DNA of 64,000 nt, from the NCBI GenBank assembly GCA_963790305.1, contig CAWBOC010000006.1, forward strand, positions 320,001-384,000. The letters are read 5' to 3'. Position numbers and translations under genes: made by a program. Positions within the stretch are counted from its first letter, which is position 1. The number at the start of each line of letters is the position of its first letter. Source of the DNA: an uncultured Gemmatimonadaceae bacterium (GTDB lineage: Bacteria; Gemmatimonadota; Gemmatimonadetes; Gemmatimonadales; Gemmatimonadaceae). Shown here one piece after another: positions 42,478-52,667 of this stretch. The notes below the pieces were generated by a model. The model was not told the origin of the DNA and did not search any database. It saw only the letters and a program-made list of their open reading frames with translations.

Positions 42478-43514
42478 GTCAGAGCAGCCTCTCGCTCGCC
42501 CGGAGCGTGCTCCGCCACCTCGCCGGAGGTTAGCTCGCCACGCTGCACTAGATCCAGGTAGCCAGCGAAGATGTCCTCTACCTGGCTGAGCGAGTCGACC
42601 GCGTGCAACTGTCGCCTGAGGTCCGCGGAATGGGGAACCCCCTTTACGTACCAGCCCAGGTGCTTGCGGAACTCGATCGCCGCGCCTCGGGGATCCTGCT
42701 CGTACGCCTCAGCCATGCGAGCATGTTCGATCGCGATCGCGAAGCGCTCCTCGATCGGCGGCGCAGGGGGCATTGGCTGCCCCTCCAGGAGCGCCCGGGC
42801 CTGGGTGAAGATCCACGGCTGGCCGAAGGATCCACGGGCGACCATGACGCCCGCGCATCCGGTGTGCTCGTGCATGCGGAGGGCGTCGTCAGCGGTCTTG
42901 ATGTCACCGTTGCCGAGAACCGGGATGTCGAGTGCATCGACCACAGCGGCGATTTCATCCCAGCTGGCGGCGCCCGTGTACATCTGCGTGCGCGTGCGGG
43001 GATGCAGCGCGAGCACGCGCGCGCCCGCGTCCTGGCAGCGAAGGGCGATCGCGACGGGGTTCCGCATTTCCTCGCTCCAGCCACTGCGAATCTTCACCGT
43101 CACCGGAAGGTGGGTCGCGCCGGACACCGCGCGGATCACTCCCTCGACCAGTGACAGGTCCTTCAAGCAGCCCGAGCCACCGTTTCGCCTCACGACCTTC
43201 TTCACCGGACATCCGAAGTTGATGTCGATGAACTCAGGCGCGAACACATCGGTCACGAGCGACGCCGCGTCTCCCATGGCGGAAGGATCGGAGCCGAAGA
43301 TCTGGACCCCGATGGGACGCTCATCGCTTCCAAAGCGAAGCTTCGCGAGCGTGGCCTCGTTCTCCCGGCGAATGCCTTCTGCCGAGAGAAACTCCGTCAC
43401 CACCACGTCCGCACCAAAGCGGCGGCAAAGCCGCCGGAAGGGCGACTCGGACACGCCGGCCATCGGCGCGAGGTACAGCGGAACCCGGTACGGGAGCGGA
43501 AAGGGAAACGGCAT
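42474..43514 (-). CDS. dusB: tRNA-dihydrouridine synthase B
   Basis: LAPMAG, IDINFGCP, VTVKIRSGW, GNGDI, RKHLGWY. Confidence 0.93.
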   Translation of the reverse strand: MPFPFPLPYRVPLYLAPMAGVSESPFRRLCRRFGADVVVTEFLSAEGIRRENEATLAKLRFGSDERPIGVQIFGSDPSAMGDAASLVTDVFAPEFIDINFGCPVKKVVRRNGGSGCLKDLSLVEGVIRAVSGATHLPVTVKIRSGWSEEMRNPVAIALRCQDAGARVLALHPRTRTQMYTGAASWDEIAAVVDALDIPVLGNGDIKTADDALRMHEHTGCAGVMVARGSFGQPWIFTQARALLEGQPMPPAPPIEERFAIAIEHARMAEAYEQDPRGAAIEFRKHLGWYVKGVPHSADLRRQLHAVDSLSQVEDIFAGYLDLVQRGELTSGEVAEHAPGEREAALT

Positions 43515-43560
43515 GTCGATGGAAGCTAACGCTGCGGCGAAATGCGTGCAACGACATGAT

Positions 43561-43589
43561 TTGACAGCGCTTACAGACTCGGGTATGTT
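43561..43589 (+). promoter_or_regulatory. Sigma70 promoter of the PTS IIA gene
   Basis: TTGACA-N17-TATGTT. Confidence 0.65.
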
Positions 43590-43637
43590 GCGCCGGATTC
43601 CCCTGCTCTCATCACTCAGCGCCTGGCGCGCTCATTC

Positions 43638-44090
43638 ATGGAACTGCGCGAATTCTTCTCCGAAGATGCGATCAAGCTCGAGCTCGACGGCAGCACGAAG
43701 GATGAGATCCTGAAGGAGCTCATCGGCCTGCTCAAGCTGGACGAGAAATCGGAGGGGATGCTCTTCAAGATGCTGAAGCGTCGCGAGAACCTTGGCTCGA
43801 CGGGAATCGGCCGAGGGATCGCGATTCCACATTGCCGCTCGCTGGTGGTGAGCAAGCTGCGCGTGGGGTTCGGTCGCAAGCGCGATGGGATCGACTTCAA
43901 GGCGATCGACGAGAAGCCGGTCCATTTCTTTTTCCTCATCGTCGCGCCGCCGCTCGAGGTCTCGAACCAGTATCTGCCCGTCCTCGGCAGGATCGCCCAG
44001 TTCTCGAAGGAGACTGATGTGCCGCAGCGGTTGATGTCGATCGGGACGCCGGCGGAGTTCATGGCGCTGTTGAAGGAGAAAGGCGTCTAG
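43638..44090 (+). CDS. PTS EIIA type-2 (Ntr/fructose-like) protein
   Basis: RRENLGSTGIGRGIAIPHCR phospho-His motif. Confidence 0.92.
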   Translation: MELREFFSEDAIKLELDGSTKDEILKELIGLLKLDEKSEGMLFKMLKRRENLGSTGIGRGIAIPHCRSLVVSKLRVGFGRKRDGIDFKAIDEKPVHFFFLIVAPPLEVSNQYLPVLGRIAQFSKETDVPQRLMSIGTPAEFMALLKEKGV

Positions 44091-44228
44091 GAGTCAGGGG
44101 TCAGGAGTCAGGGGTCAGGGATGGAAAGGGCCGCCGCAGCTTCGCGCGTGCGGCGCTCATCGATGAGCGCGGCAGCGAAGCTGCCGCGCCTTTCCATCCC
44201 TGACCCCTGACTCCTGACTCCTGACCCC
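44090..44228 (+). repeat. Palindromic element with (GGRGTCA)4 arms, copy 1
   Basis: 4 heptamers + GGGATGGAAAGG ... CCTTTCCATCCC + 4 inverted heptamers. Confidence 0.88.
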
Positions 44229-44236
44229 GGCCCTGC

Positions 44237-45778
44237 TCACTCCCACTCGATCGTCGCCGGCGGCTTCGAGCTCACGTCGTAGACGACCCGGTTCACGCCG
44301 CGCACCTCGTTGATGATTCGGCTCGAGATGTTCGCCAGCACATCGTGCGGGAAGGGATACCAGTCGGCGGTCATACCGTCGCGACTGGTCACCGCGCGCA
44401 GAGCGACGACGTTCGCGTACGTGCGGAAGTCTCCCATTACTCCCACGCTTTTCACGGGGAGCAGCACGGCGAACGCCTGCCAGATGTCGTCGTACAGCTC
44501 CGCCTCGCGAATCCCCTCGAGATAGATCGCGTCTGCCTGCCGCAGCGTATCCAGCTTTTCGCGCGTGACATCGGAAAGCACGCGAATGGCGAGCCCGGGT
44601 CCTGGGAAGGGGTGCCGCCCGACAATCTCCTCCGGGAGCCCCAACTCGCGGCCCACCTGGCGTACCTCGTCCTTGAACAGCTCTCGCAGAGGCTCCACCA
44701 GCTCGAACTTCATTCCGGGCTTCAAGCCGCCGACGTTGTGATGCGTCTTGATCGTCACCGACGGACCACCGTGCGGGGACACAGACTCGATCACGTCCGG
44801 GTATAACGTGCCCTGCACCAGGAAGCGAGCCTCATGTCCCGCCCGCTCGGCCGCATCCTCGAAGACATCGATGAACGTGTGACCGATGCGCCGGCGCTTC
44901 TCCTCAGGATCGCTGACTCCGGCGAGCGCCATCAGGAAGCGGTCGCTCGCATCGACCGTGATGAGGTCTATGCCGAGGTGCGCTCGGAAGGTTCGCTCGA
45001 CCTGTTCGCGCTCGTGGAGTCTCAGCAGACCAGTGTCGACGAAGATGCAGGTGAGCTGATCGCCAATCGCCCGGTGCACGAGCGCGGCGGCAACGGACGA
45101 GTCGACGCCCCCAGAGAGCCCGCAGATCACCCGCGACGCTCCGACCTGGCGTTGAATCTTGGTTACCTCATCGTCGATGAACGCGCCCGCCGTCCACGTG
45201 GGCTCAGCACCGCACACCTCGAACAGAAAGTTGGCTATCACTTCACCACCACGCGGGGTGTGCGCAACCTCCGGGTGGAATTGAACGCCGAATACCGGCC
45301 GGGTGCGATGGCGCATGCCTGCGATCTGCACAGTGGAGCTCCGCGCGGTGACCTCGTAGCCTGACGGAGGCGTCTCGACGTGATCGCCGTGGCTCATCCA
45401 CACTGTCACGCGCTCGCTCTCGTCAAATCCGCCGAACAGTCCGTCCGAGGCGAGGATCTCGAGCTCCGCTCGCCCGTATTCGCGGGGGCCAGGCGAGACC
45501 TTTCCGCCCTCCAGATGCGCGATGAGATGCATCCCGTAGCAGATGCCGAGCACTGGGGCGATGTCGAGCAGGGCAGGATCGGCACTCGGGCCGTCATCGT
45601 CGTACACCGAGCTCGGACCCCCACTCAGAATGATGCCCGTGGGTTCCCACGCTCGAATCCACTCGAGGGAGCGCGTTGGCGGATGAATCTCGGAGTAGAC
45701 ACGAGCTTCGCGGACGCGCCGCGCGATCAGCTGGGTGAACTGCGAGCCGTAGTCGAGGATGAGGATCCGGCTACCCAC
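44237..45778 (-). CDS. guaA: GMP synthase (glutamine-hydrolysing)
   Basis: [40 protein letters not shown]. Confidence 0.98.
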   Translation of the reverse strand: MGSRILILDYGSQFTQLIARRVREARVYSEIHPPTRSLEWIRAWEPTGIILSGGPSSVYDDDGPSADPALLDIAPVLGICYGMHLIAHLEGGKVSPGPREYGRAELEILASDGLFGGFDESERVTVWMSHGDHVETPPSGYEVTARSSTVQIAGMRHRTRPVFGVQFHPEVAHTPRGGEVIANFLFEVCGAEPTWTAGAFIDDEVTKIQRQVGASRVICGLSGGVDSSVAAALVHRAIGDQLTCIFVDTGLLRLHEREQVERTFRAHLGIDLITVDASDRFLMALAGVSDPEEKRRRIGHTFIDVFEDAAERAGHEARFLVQGTLYPDVIESVSPHGGPSVTIKTHHNVGGLKPGMKFELVEPLRELFKDEVRQVGRELGLPEEIVGRHPFPGPGLAIRVLSDVTREKLDTLRQADAIYLEGIREAELYDDIWQAFAVLLPVKSVGVMGDFRTYANVVALRAVTSRDGMTADWYPFPHDVLANISSRIINEVRGVNRVVYDVSSKPPATIEWE

Positions 45779-46286
45779 GATGGCTCCACTCGGGCCCATC
45801 GAGCCGGATCACCTCGAGAGACTTGGACTCGAGATCGAGGATCGCGGCGGTCGGGGGCCCGAAGAGCCATCCGCACGCCTCACCGGGATTGATGATCATC
45901 GTGTCGCCGCGCACGCGCATCTCCTGCTTGTGCGTGCATCCATGGACGACGATCGCGTGCGCCGCGAGCGAACGCTTCTGGACATCGCCAATGTCGTGCA
46001 CCACCAGGATGCTCATGTCGCCGAGCTCGACGCTGTGTGGGGATTCGTAGAGCTCGAAGCCCATCCCCTTTGCGGCCTCGGCCTGAAGGCCCTGGCGATC
46101 GCCATCGTTGCGGCCGAATACGCCGGCGACGGCGACGTTCGCGGCTCGAAGCGGCGCGATCGCGAAGGGCGCGCACCAGTCGCCGGCGTGAAGCACGAAG
46201 CCAACTCCGGCCTCGGCGAACCGCCGCGCGAACTCCTGGATGGCCGGAACGCGATCGTGTGAGTCAGCGAGAAGTCCCACGCGCAT
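45771..46286 (-). CDS. YfcE/MJ0936-family metallophosphoesterase
   Basis: ADSHD, HAGD, GRND, HGCTH, INPGE. Confidence 0.85.
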   Translation of the reverse strand: MRVGLLADSHDRVPAIQEFARRFAEAGVGFVLHAGDWCAPFAIAPLRAANVAVAGVFGRNDGDRQGLQAEAAKGMGFELYESPHSVELGDMSILVVHDIGDVQKRSLAAHAIVVHGCTHKQEMRVRGDTMIINPGEACGWLFGPPTAAILDLESKSLEVIRLDGPEWSHRG

Positions 46287-47581
46287 CAGACGCGGCTCCA
46301 CTGAGGCGTCGGCCGCTCGTGGCGCACGAGGTCATCGTACGTCTCCCGATCGCGGATGATGGCGTAGCGATCTCCCTCTACGAGAACCTCCGGTGGACGA
46401 GGACGGCTGTTGTAGTTCGAGGCCATCACGAATCCGTATGCGCCGGCGGAATGCACGATCAGGAGGTCGCCCTCGGTGACGGCATCCATGGTGCGGTTCA
46501 GGGCGAAGAAATCACCGCTCTCACACACCGGGCCAACGACGTCATAGGTCTCGGACCGGCCACTGGGCTGAACGGCCGATATGTGATGGTAGGCCTGGTA
46601 GTGCGAGGGACGCAGCAGGTCGTTCATCCCCGCATCGGTGATGACGTATTCCCGTCCGCCACTCCGCTTTCGGTACAGCACACGCGTGAGCAGGATTCCC
46701 GCGTTGCCGACCAGATAGCGACCGGGCTCCACGATCAGCGTTAGGCCCGAAGCCACGACCTGCGGGACGATGGCGGCGGCGAAGGCTTCCGGGTTTGTCG
46801 GCGCCTCGTCGTCGTAGGTGACCGCGAGGCCGCCGCCGACGTCGAGAAACTCGAGACCAGCGCATCCGAGATTTCGGAGAGCGGTGACCAGCTCGAGGAG
46901 GCGTCCGATCCCTTCTTCGTACGGGTCGAGCACCGTCACCTGCGATCCGATATGCATGTCGACGCCACGCAGCGCGATACCGGGCATGCGTAAGGCGCGG
47001 CGCGCGACCTCGAGCGCCTCGTCGTACGGAATGCCGAATTTCATTCCCCGCTCGCCCGTGCGCGTGTATGGGTGCGGCGTGTCCACCGTGACCTCGGGAT
47101 TCACCCGCAGCGCAACCGGTGCCGATCTCCCCATATTCTGAGCGATCCGGTCGAGCTGGCGCAATTCAGCTTCGGACTCGACGTTGAACAGCAGCACCCC
47201 CGCGATGAGCGCCTCGCGCAATTCCTGCTCCGTCTTCCCTACCCCACTGAACACGACGTCGGCTCCTGTATACCCCGCGCGAAGCGCGCGCTCCAGCTCG
47301 CCGCCGGAGACGATATCGACGCCCGCGCCGAGCTCTCGAAGCAACGCCAGGACGGCAAGCGACGAGTTCGCCTTGACGCTGTAGTGAATTCGGTGGCCGA
47401 TGCCCGACAGCGCCGAGGAGAGCCTCCGATACTGCTCACGAATATGCGACGCGCTGTACACGTACGCGGGCGTGCCGACCGCGCGCGCGAGATGCTCGAG
47501 CTCGATTCCCTCGCAGCGCCCTGCCCGCGGGCCACCGGCAGCGGTGAGGGGGTTGGCCGCGGTCAATACGCCTTTGCCCAC
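46286..47581 (-). CDS. lysA: Diaminopimelate decarboxylase
   Basis: YSVKAN, HIGSQ, EPGR, GPVCESGD, GAYG..MASNYN. Confidence 0.96.
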   Translation of the reverse strand: MGKGVLTAANPLTAAGGPRAGRCEGIELEHLARAVGTPAYVYSASHIREQYRRLSSALSGIGHRIHYSVKANSSLAVLALLRELGAGVDIVSGGELERALRAGYTGADVVFSGVGKTEQELREALIAGVLLFNVESEAELRQLDRIAQNMGRSAPVALRVNPEVTVDTPHPYTRTGERGMKFGIPYDEALEVARRALRMPGIALRGVDMHIGSQVTVLDPYEEGIGRLLELVTALRNLGCAGLEFLDVGGGLAVTYDDEAPTNPEAFAAAIVPQVVASGLTLIVEPGRYLVGNAGILLTRVLYRKRSGGREYVITDAGMNDLLRPSHYQAYHHISAVQPSGRSETYDVVGPVCESGDFFALNRTMDAVTEGDLLIVHSAGAYGFVMASNYNSRPRPPEVLVEGDRYAIIRDRETYDDLVRHERPTPQWSRV

Positions 47582-49032
47582 ACGGCCTCGGTCGTGGACG
47601 GCCGGCCGCATCGCACACAGGTGCGAGGGGGTTCATCGGACCGAAACTCCTCGTCAGGCATGACCCGAATCGTTGCCTTCGTGTCCTCCTTCACGGTCGT
47701 TTCGCACGCGGGATCGCCGCACCAACCGGCATACACGAAGCCGCCCTCTCCATCCATGAGCTGGCGGAACCGATCGTAGGTGATCGGGCCACGATGGCTG
47801 TTCTTCTCGCGGCGGTCGAGCGCCGCGGCGACCATGTCATCCTGGATCGTCTCGAGCAGGGTCTCGACGTCCTCCCCAACGCTCTCGAGACTGACAGTCT
47901 GCTTGGCGCGCGTATCCCGCCGCACGAGCACGCACTGGTTCTTGTCAATGTCGCGGGGACCGAGCTCCATTCGCAGCGGCACGCCACGGAGCTCCCACTC
48001 GTAATACTTTGCGCCTGGCTTCATGCTGTCACGATCGTCGAAATGGACGCGCAGCCGGTTCGGCTCGCGACGCTCCCAATCACGCAGGTTGTCGTAGACG
48101 CGGCGCGCCGTCTCGAGCACGCGGCTGCGCTCTTCATCGCTCTTCCAGATCGGCACGATGACGAGCTCCGTCGGCGCGAGCAGCGGCGGAATCCGCAGAC
48201 CGTTGTCGTCACCATGGGTCATGACCAGCCCGCCGACGAGGCGCGTCGACACGCCCCAGCTCGTGTTCCACGCGTGCGCGATCTCTCCGTTCTCCGCCTG
48301 AAAGGTGAGATTGAATGCCTTGGCGAAGTTCTGCCCGAGGTTGTGGGAGGTTCCCGCCTGGAGCGCGCGATTGTCTTGCATCATCGCCTCGCAGGAGTAC
48401 GTCCGCAGCGCCCCGGCGAACTTTTCGCTCTCGGTCTTTTGCCCGGTGATCACGGGCATCGCCATCCACCCCTCCATGAAATCGCTGTACAGCCCCAGAA
48501 TCTTCCGCGCTTCCTCCTCGGCCTCATCGTGAGTGACGTGAGCGGTGTGCCCCTCCTGCCAGAGGAACTCGAGCGTTCGCAGGAACAGTCGTGTGCGCAT
48601 TTCCCACCGCACGACGTTCGCCCACTGGTTGATGAGGATGGGGAGGTCGCGATAGCTCTGCACCCACTTCGCGAACATGGAGTAGATGATGGTTTCCGAC
48701 GTCGGCCGGATAACCAGCGGCTCGTCGAGCTCCTTGCCGCCGCCGTGTGTTACGACGGCGGTCTCCGGAGCGAAGCCCTGAACGTGCTCGGCCTCCTTGT
48801 GCAAGAAGCTTTCAGGAATGAGGAGCGGGAAATAGGCGTTCTGATGGCCCGTGGCCTTGAACATCTCATCGAGCGTATGCTGCATGCGCTCCCAGATGCC
48901 GTACCCTGCCGGCCGAATGACCATGCAGCCGCGCACCGGCGAGTAGTCCGCCAGCTCCGCCCGCAACACGACCTCATTGTACCACGCGCTGAAGTCCTCG
49001 GCGCGTGTCGTCAGCTTCTTGTCGTTGCTCAT
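47563..49032 (-). CDS. proS: Proline--tRNA ligase (archaeal/eukaryotic type)
   Basis: RPTSET, FLRTLEFLWQEGH, QAGTSHNLGQNF, C-terminal AKAY. Confidence 0.97.
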   Translation of the reverse strand: MSNDKKLTTRAEDFSAWYNEVVLRAELADYSPVRGCMVIRPAGYGIWERMQHTLDEMFKATGHQNAYFPLLIPESFLHKEAEHVQGFAPETAVVTHGGGKELDEPLVIRPTSETIIYSMFAKWVQSYRDLPILINQWANVVRWEMRTRLFLRTLEFLWQEGHTAHVTHDEAEEEARKILGLYSDFMEGWMAMPVITGQKTESEKFAGALRTYSCEAMMQDNRALQAGTSHNLGQNFAKAFNLTFQAENGEIAHAWNTSWGVSTRLVGGLVMTHGDDNGLRIPPLLAPTELVIVPIWKSDEERSRVLETARRVYDNLRDWERREPNRLRVHFDDRDSMKPGAKYYEWELRGVPLRMELGPRDIDKNQCVLVRRDTRAKQTVSLESVGEDVETLLETIQDDMVAAALDRREKNSHRGPITYDRFRQLMDGEGGFVYAGWCGDPACETTVKEDTKATIRVMPDEEFRSDEPPRTCVRCGRPSTTEAVWAKAY

Positions 49033-49051
49033 CAGGTCCGAAGGTTCGAAG

Positions 49052-50332
49052 TCACCGGGCGCTTATCCACTCGTCGAGGCGCACGCGCGTCTCGTTGCCA
49101 TCGGCCAGACGTCGCACGATGGCCTCGCCGCGCTCCAGGTCAGCCGGTTGTAACACCAGCACGTCCCGCGCCCCGGAGGCGTCCGCGGCCTTGAGCTGAC
49201 GAGACAGCTGTTGACCGCCTAACGCATACTCGACCGAACGGCCCCGGTCGCGCAGCCGACGCGCGATCCGCATCGCCTCGTCGAGCAGCGCTGCGTCGCC
49301 ATACGCCACCCACACGTCAACCGAGGACGGCGACTCGGGCATGCGTCCCCGGGCCCGCAGCAGCTCGCCAAGGACGACATCACCCATGCCAAAACCTAAC
49401 GCCGGGAGATCCGTTCCGCCCAGCTGCTTCAGCAATGAGTCGTAGCGCCCGCCGCCGCAAATCGCGCGGAGCTCTCGCTTGGCGTCGAACAGCTCGAAGA
49501 CGATCCCGGTGTAGTATGCCAGCCCCCGGACGATCGACAGGTCGAACTCCACCCAGTCCCGTACGCCAAGGGCATCGAGGTACTCGAAGTAACGCGTGAG
49601 GCGCGTGAAGTCCTCACGCAGCTCCGGGACATCGCCATACCGCTCTCGCAGGGTGTCCAGATCCGGGTGCTTGAGCACCTCGAAAACCCGTGCGATGAAT
49701 ACATCGTGAAGCCCGGCCGCACGCAGCTTGGTCTCCAGGGAGGCGCGGGGCTCACGATCGAGCTTGTCGACCACCGCGTACACGCCGGGAAGCATGTCGT
49801 CGGTGATGCCGGTGAGCACCAGCAACCCACGCAACAACCGGCGATCGGAGACGCGAGCGCGCACGTCGGAAGCCGTGAGTCCAAAGGCGCGCATGATGTC
49901 GATTGCCACTGCGAGCAGCTCGGCGTCGGCCGTGACGTCTGCCTCACCGACGATGTCGACGTTCAGCTGGAAGTGCTCGCGAAGGCGGCCCCGTTGTTTG
50001 CGCTCGTAGCGGAAGAGCTGCGGAATCGAAAACCAGCGGACCGGTTTCCGCAGCGCGTTCGCTTTCGCCGCCACCATCCGCGCGAGCGTTGGCGTCATCT
50101 CCGGACGCAGCGAAACCTCGCGACCGCCCTTGTCCGCGAACGAGTACAGCTGGCCGACGATCTCATCGCCGCTTTTGCGGGTGTAGAGCTCCAGCGGCTC
50201 GAGCGGAGGCCCATCGTACTCCGCGAATGCGTATCGCCGCGCCACCTCGCGCCACGTCCCGATGATGAAGTTCCGCTCGGCGAGCTCCGCAGGGTAGAAT
50301 TCGCGGAACCCGGGCAGCGCGTCCAGTGACAT
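49052..50332 (-). CDS. hisS: Histidine--tRNA ligase
   Basis: LRPEMT, FRYER..RGRLREH, RGLAYYTG, GGGRYD, C-terminal anticodon domain. Confidence 0.96.
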   Translation of the reverse strand: MSLDALPGFREFYPAELAERNFIIGTWREVARRYAFAEYDGPPLEPLELYTRKSGDEIVGQLYSFADKGGREVSLRPEMTPTLARMVAAKANALRKPVRWFSIPQLFRYERKQRGRLREHFQLNVDIVGEADVTADAELLAVAIDIMRAFGLTASDVRARVSDRRLLRGLLVLTGITDDMLPGVYAVVDKLDREPRASLETKLRAAGLHDVFIARVFEVLKHPDLDTLRERYGDVPELREDFTRLTRYFEYLDALGVRDWVEFDLSIVRGLAYYTGIVFELFDAKRELRAICGGGRYDSLLKQLGGTDLPALGFGMGDVVLGELLRARGRMPESPSSVDVWVAYGDAALLDEAMRIARRLRDRGRSVEYALGGQQLSRQLKAADASGARDVLVLQPADLERGEAIVRRLADGNETRVRLDEWISAR

Positions 50333-50341
50333 GAGCGGAAT

Positions 50342-51625
50342 CTACCCGGCCAACGGATTCACCTGCAAGCGCGCCATCGCATCGCCGACAGTGTGAAACG
50401 AGCCGGTGACGAGCATTGTCGCTCCCATCTCGTCGGCGCGCGAGAGCGCGACATCGAAGCTGGACTCGGCCGTGGCGCGCCAGGGCAGCGTGCGCGCGAA
50501 CGCGAGCGCTTCCTCGACATCCCACACCCGAGCGTCGGGCGCCGACGGCGGCCGCGTGACGATCACCTCGTCCACGACACGCGCGAGGACCTCCATTATA
50601 CCGCGCCAATCTTTGTCGCCAAGCACACCCAGCACCGTGACGAGCGGTCGCGGCAGTGAGACCGTAGCGATCGTCTCCGCCAGCACCGCTGCGCCTGAAG
50701 GATTGTGCGCGACGTCGAAGATCCAGCGGCCTACCCGCTGGAAACGCCCGGGCAGTGCGGCGCTCGGTATCGTCACCACACTGCCCGCGTGCGGCCACGG
50801 CACGAGGCCAGCGACGTCCAGCGCGACGAGTGCCGTGACCGCATTCCCGGCCTGATGAGTGCCGAGCAATGGAGTGCGGATGGTGAGCGGGGTGTCGCCC
50901 TCGAGCGTGAACGATGTGCCGTCCATCGTCGTCCGGACGGCGGCGATCTCCCCGCGATCTCTCGCGAGCACGATCGGGCGGGCGTCTCGCTCCGCGGCAT
51001 TGCGCGAGAGCTGCGCAACGATGTCGGGGTTGCGCTCCCCAATGACGGCGGGCCGCCTCGCCTTGAAGATGCCTGCCTTCTCGCCAGCGATCGCTTCGAT
51101 CGAGTTGCCAAGCCATTCGGTATGATCGAGCGCGATCGACGTGACGATCGCTGCACGCGGATCCACGACGTTGGTAGCGTCGAGCCGTCCGCCCAGCCCC
51201 ACCTCGACGATGGCGACATCGACCGCTGATTTCGCGAAGTGCTCCAGGGCGAGCGCCGTCGTGATCTCGAAGAAGGTGGCTCCGAGCCGTTCGGACTCCG
51301 GCAGCCATCGCTCGAGAAAGTCGAGAACATCCTCCTCGCCGATGGGAACACGGTCGACGAGAATGCGCTCGCGAAAATCGATCAGGTGGGGCGACGTGTA
51401 GCGGCCGATGCGGAGCCCGCGCGCTCGCAGGATCGCTTCAGCGGTGGCGACAACACTGCCCTTGCCGTTGGTACCGCCGACGTGCAACACCGTGAGCGTT
51501 CGGTGCGGATTGCCAAGACGCTCGAGGAGCGCATTCACGCGCTCCAGGCCAAGCTTCCAGACGCCGGTCGTGCGCGTGAACAGCGCATCGATCGCGGCGC
51601 GGTACGTGGTCAGGGCGACGTCCAC
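50342..51625 (-). CDS. folC: Folylpolyglutamate/dihydrofolate synthase
   Basis: GGTNGKGS, TSPHL, EVGLGGRLDATN, DVAHNP. Confidence 0.95.
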   Translation of the reverse strand: MDVALTTYRAAIDALFTRTTGVWKLGLERVNALLERLGNPHRTLTVLHVGGTNGKGSVVATAEAILRARGLRIGRYTSPHLIDFRERILVDRVPIGEEDVLDFLERWLPESERLGATFFEITTALALEHFAKSAVDVAIVEVGLGGRLDATNVVDPRAAIVTSIALDHTEWLGNSIEAIAGEKAGIFKARRPAVIGERNPDIVAQLSRNAAERDARPIVLARDRGEIAAVRTTMDGTSFTLEGDTPLTIRTPLLGTHQAGNAVTALVALDVAGLVPWPHAGSVVTIPSAALPGRFQRVGRWIFDVAHNPSGAAVLAETIATVSLPRPLVTVLGVLGDKDWRGIMEVLARVVDEVIVTRPPSAPDARVWDVEEALAFARTLPWRATAESSFDVALSRADEMGATMLVTGSFHTVGDAMARLQVNPLAG

Positions 51626-52473
51626 CCCGCGGCCGCAGGCTGTCCGCTCATATGGCGCAACAGCTGACCGATCGTGCGCTTCAAATCGCGGCGGTGGACG
51701 ACGGCGTCGAGCATCCCCTTCTCCATCAGGAACTCCGCCGTCTGAAATCCCTCAGGAAGATCCTGACCGATGGTCTGCTTGATCACGCGCGGGCCCGCGA
51801 ACCCCACCACCGCTCCCGGCTCGGCTACGATGGCATCGCCGAGCATCGCGAAGCTGGCGCTGACACCACCCGTCGTCGGATTCGTGAGCACCGAGATGTA
51901 AGGAATGCGCCGCTCGGCCAGCTGCGACAGCACCGCACTCGTCTTCGCCATCTGCATCAGCGAGAGCACGCCCTCCTGCATCCGCGCGCCACCGGACGCC
52001 GAGACGAGCACCACCGGGTGTTTGCGCTCGAGCGAGCGTTGCCCCATGCGCGATATCTTTTCGCCAACCACCGAGCCCATCGACCCACCCATGAAGGCGA
52101 AGTCCATGACGCCAAGGAAGAGTGGCATGGCACCGAGCGTTCCGGTGACCGTCATGATGGCATCGGCCTCGCCCGCGTTCTGAGTCGCACGGGCGATGCG
52201 CTGCGGGTACTCGGGGAACGTCAGCGGGTCGACCGAGCGCAGTTCCGGATCGAGCTCCTCATACTGTCCGTCATCGAGGAGGAGATTGACGTACTCCGTG
52301 GCTCGGATGCGGCGGTGATAGTCGCACTCCGGGCACACGTTGAGGTTGCGCTCGAACTTCTCACGAATGTCGGTATGCCCGCATGCCTCGCATTTCTCCC
52401 AGACGTCCGCGGGAATCTCGAGCCGCTCGCGCCGGGGCTGCCGAGGCTTCTTTTCTTTGCGAAACCAGGCCAT
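51610..52473 (-). CDS. accD: Acetyl-CoA carboxylase carboxyltransferase beta subunit
   Basis: CxxC..CxxC zinc finger, GGSMGSVVGEK, SGGARMQEG, GFAGPRVI. Confidence 0.97.
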   Translation of the reverse strand: MAWFRKEKKPRQPRRERLEIPADVWEKCEACGHTDIREKFERNLNVCPECDYHRRIRATEYVNLLLDDGQYEELDPELRSVDPLTFPEYPQRIARATQNAGEADAIMTVTGTLGAMPLFLGVMDFAFMGGSMGSVVGEKISRMGQRSLERKHPVVLVSASGGARMQEGVLSLMQMAKTSAVLSQLAERRIPYISVLTNPTTGGVSASFAMLGDAIVAEPGAVVGFAGPRVIKQTIGQDLPEGFQTAEFLMEKGMLDAVVHRRDLKRTIGQLLRHMSGQPAAAGWTSP

Positions 52474-52520
52474 GGTGTGGAAATCTGAGTGTGCGCGGGG
52501 TCACAAGCTAGTGGAGACTG

Positions 52521-52667
52521 GGGGTCAGGGGTCAGGCGTCAGGGGTCAGGGAAGGAAAGGCGCGGCGGCTGCTCTGCAGCCAGCCGCGCTCATCTGATGA
52601 GGGCCGCCTGCGCGAAGCGCGGCGGCCCCTTTCCTTCCCTGACCCCTGACTCCTGACTCCTGACCCC
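52521..52667 (-). repeat. Palindromic element with (GGRGTCA)4 arms, copy 2
   Basis: Same architecture and related core as 44090-44228, inverted. Confidence 0.88.

Noticed and set aside
44090..44228. CRISPR array interpretation of the short repeats here and elsewhere
   Set aside because: Units are 7-9 bp, contiguous and inverted, with no spacers and no cas genes
47563..49032. Archaeal/eukaryotic-type ProRS as recent horizontal transfer
   Set aside because: This type is widespread in bacteria and sits in a core operon here
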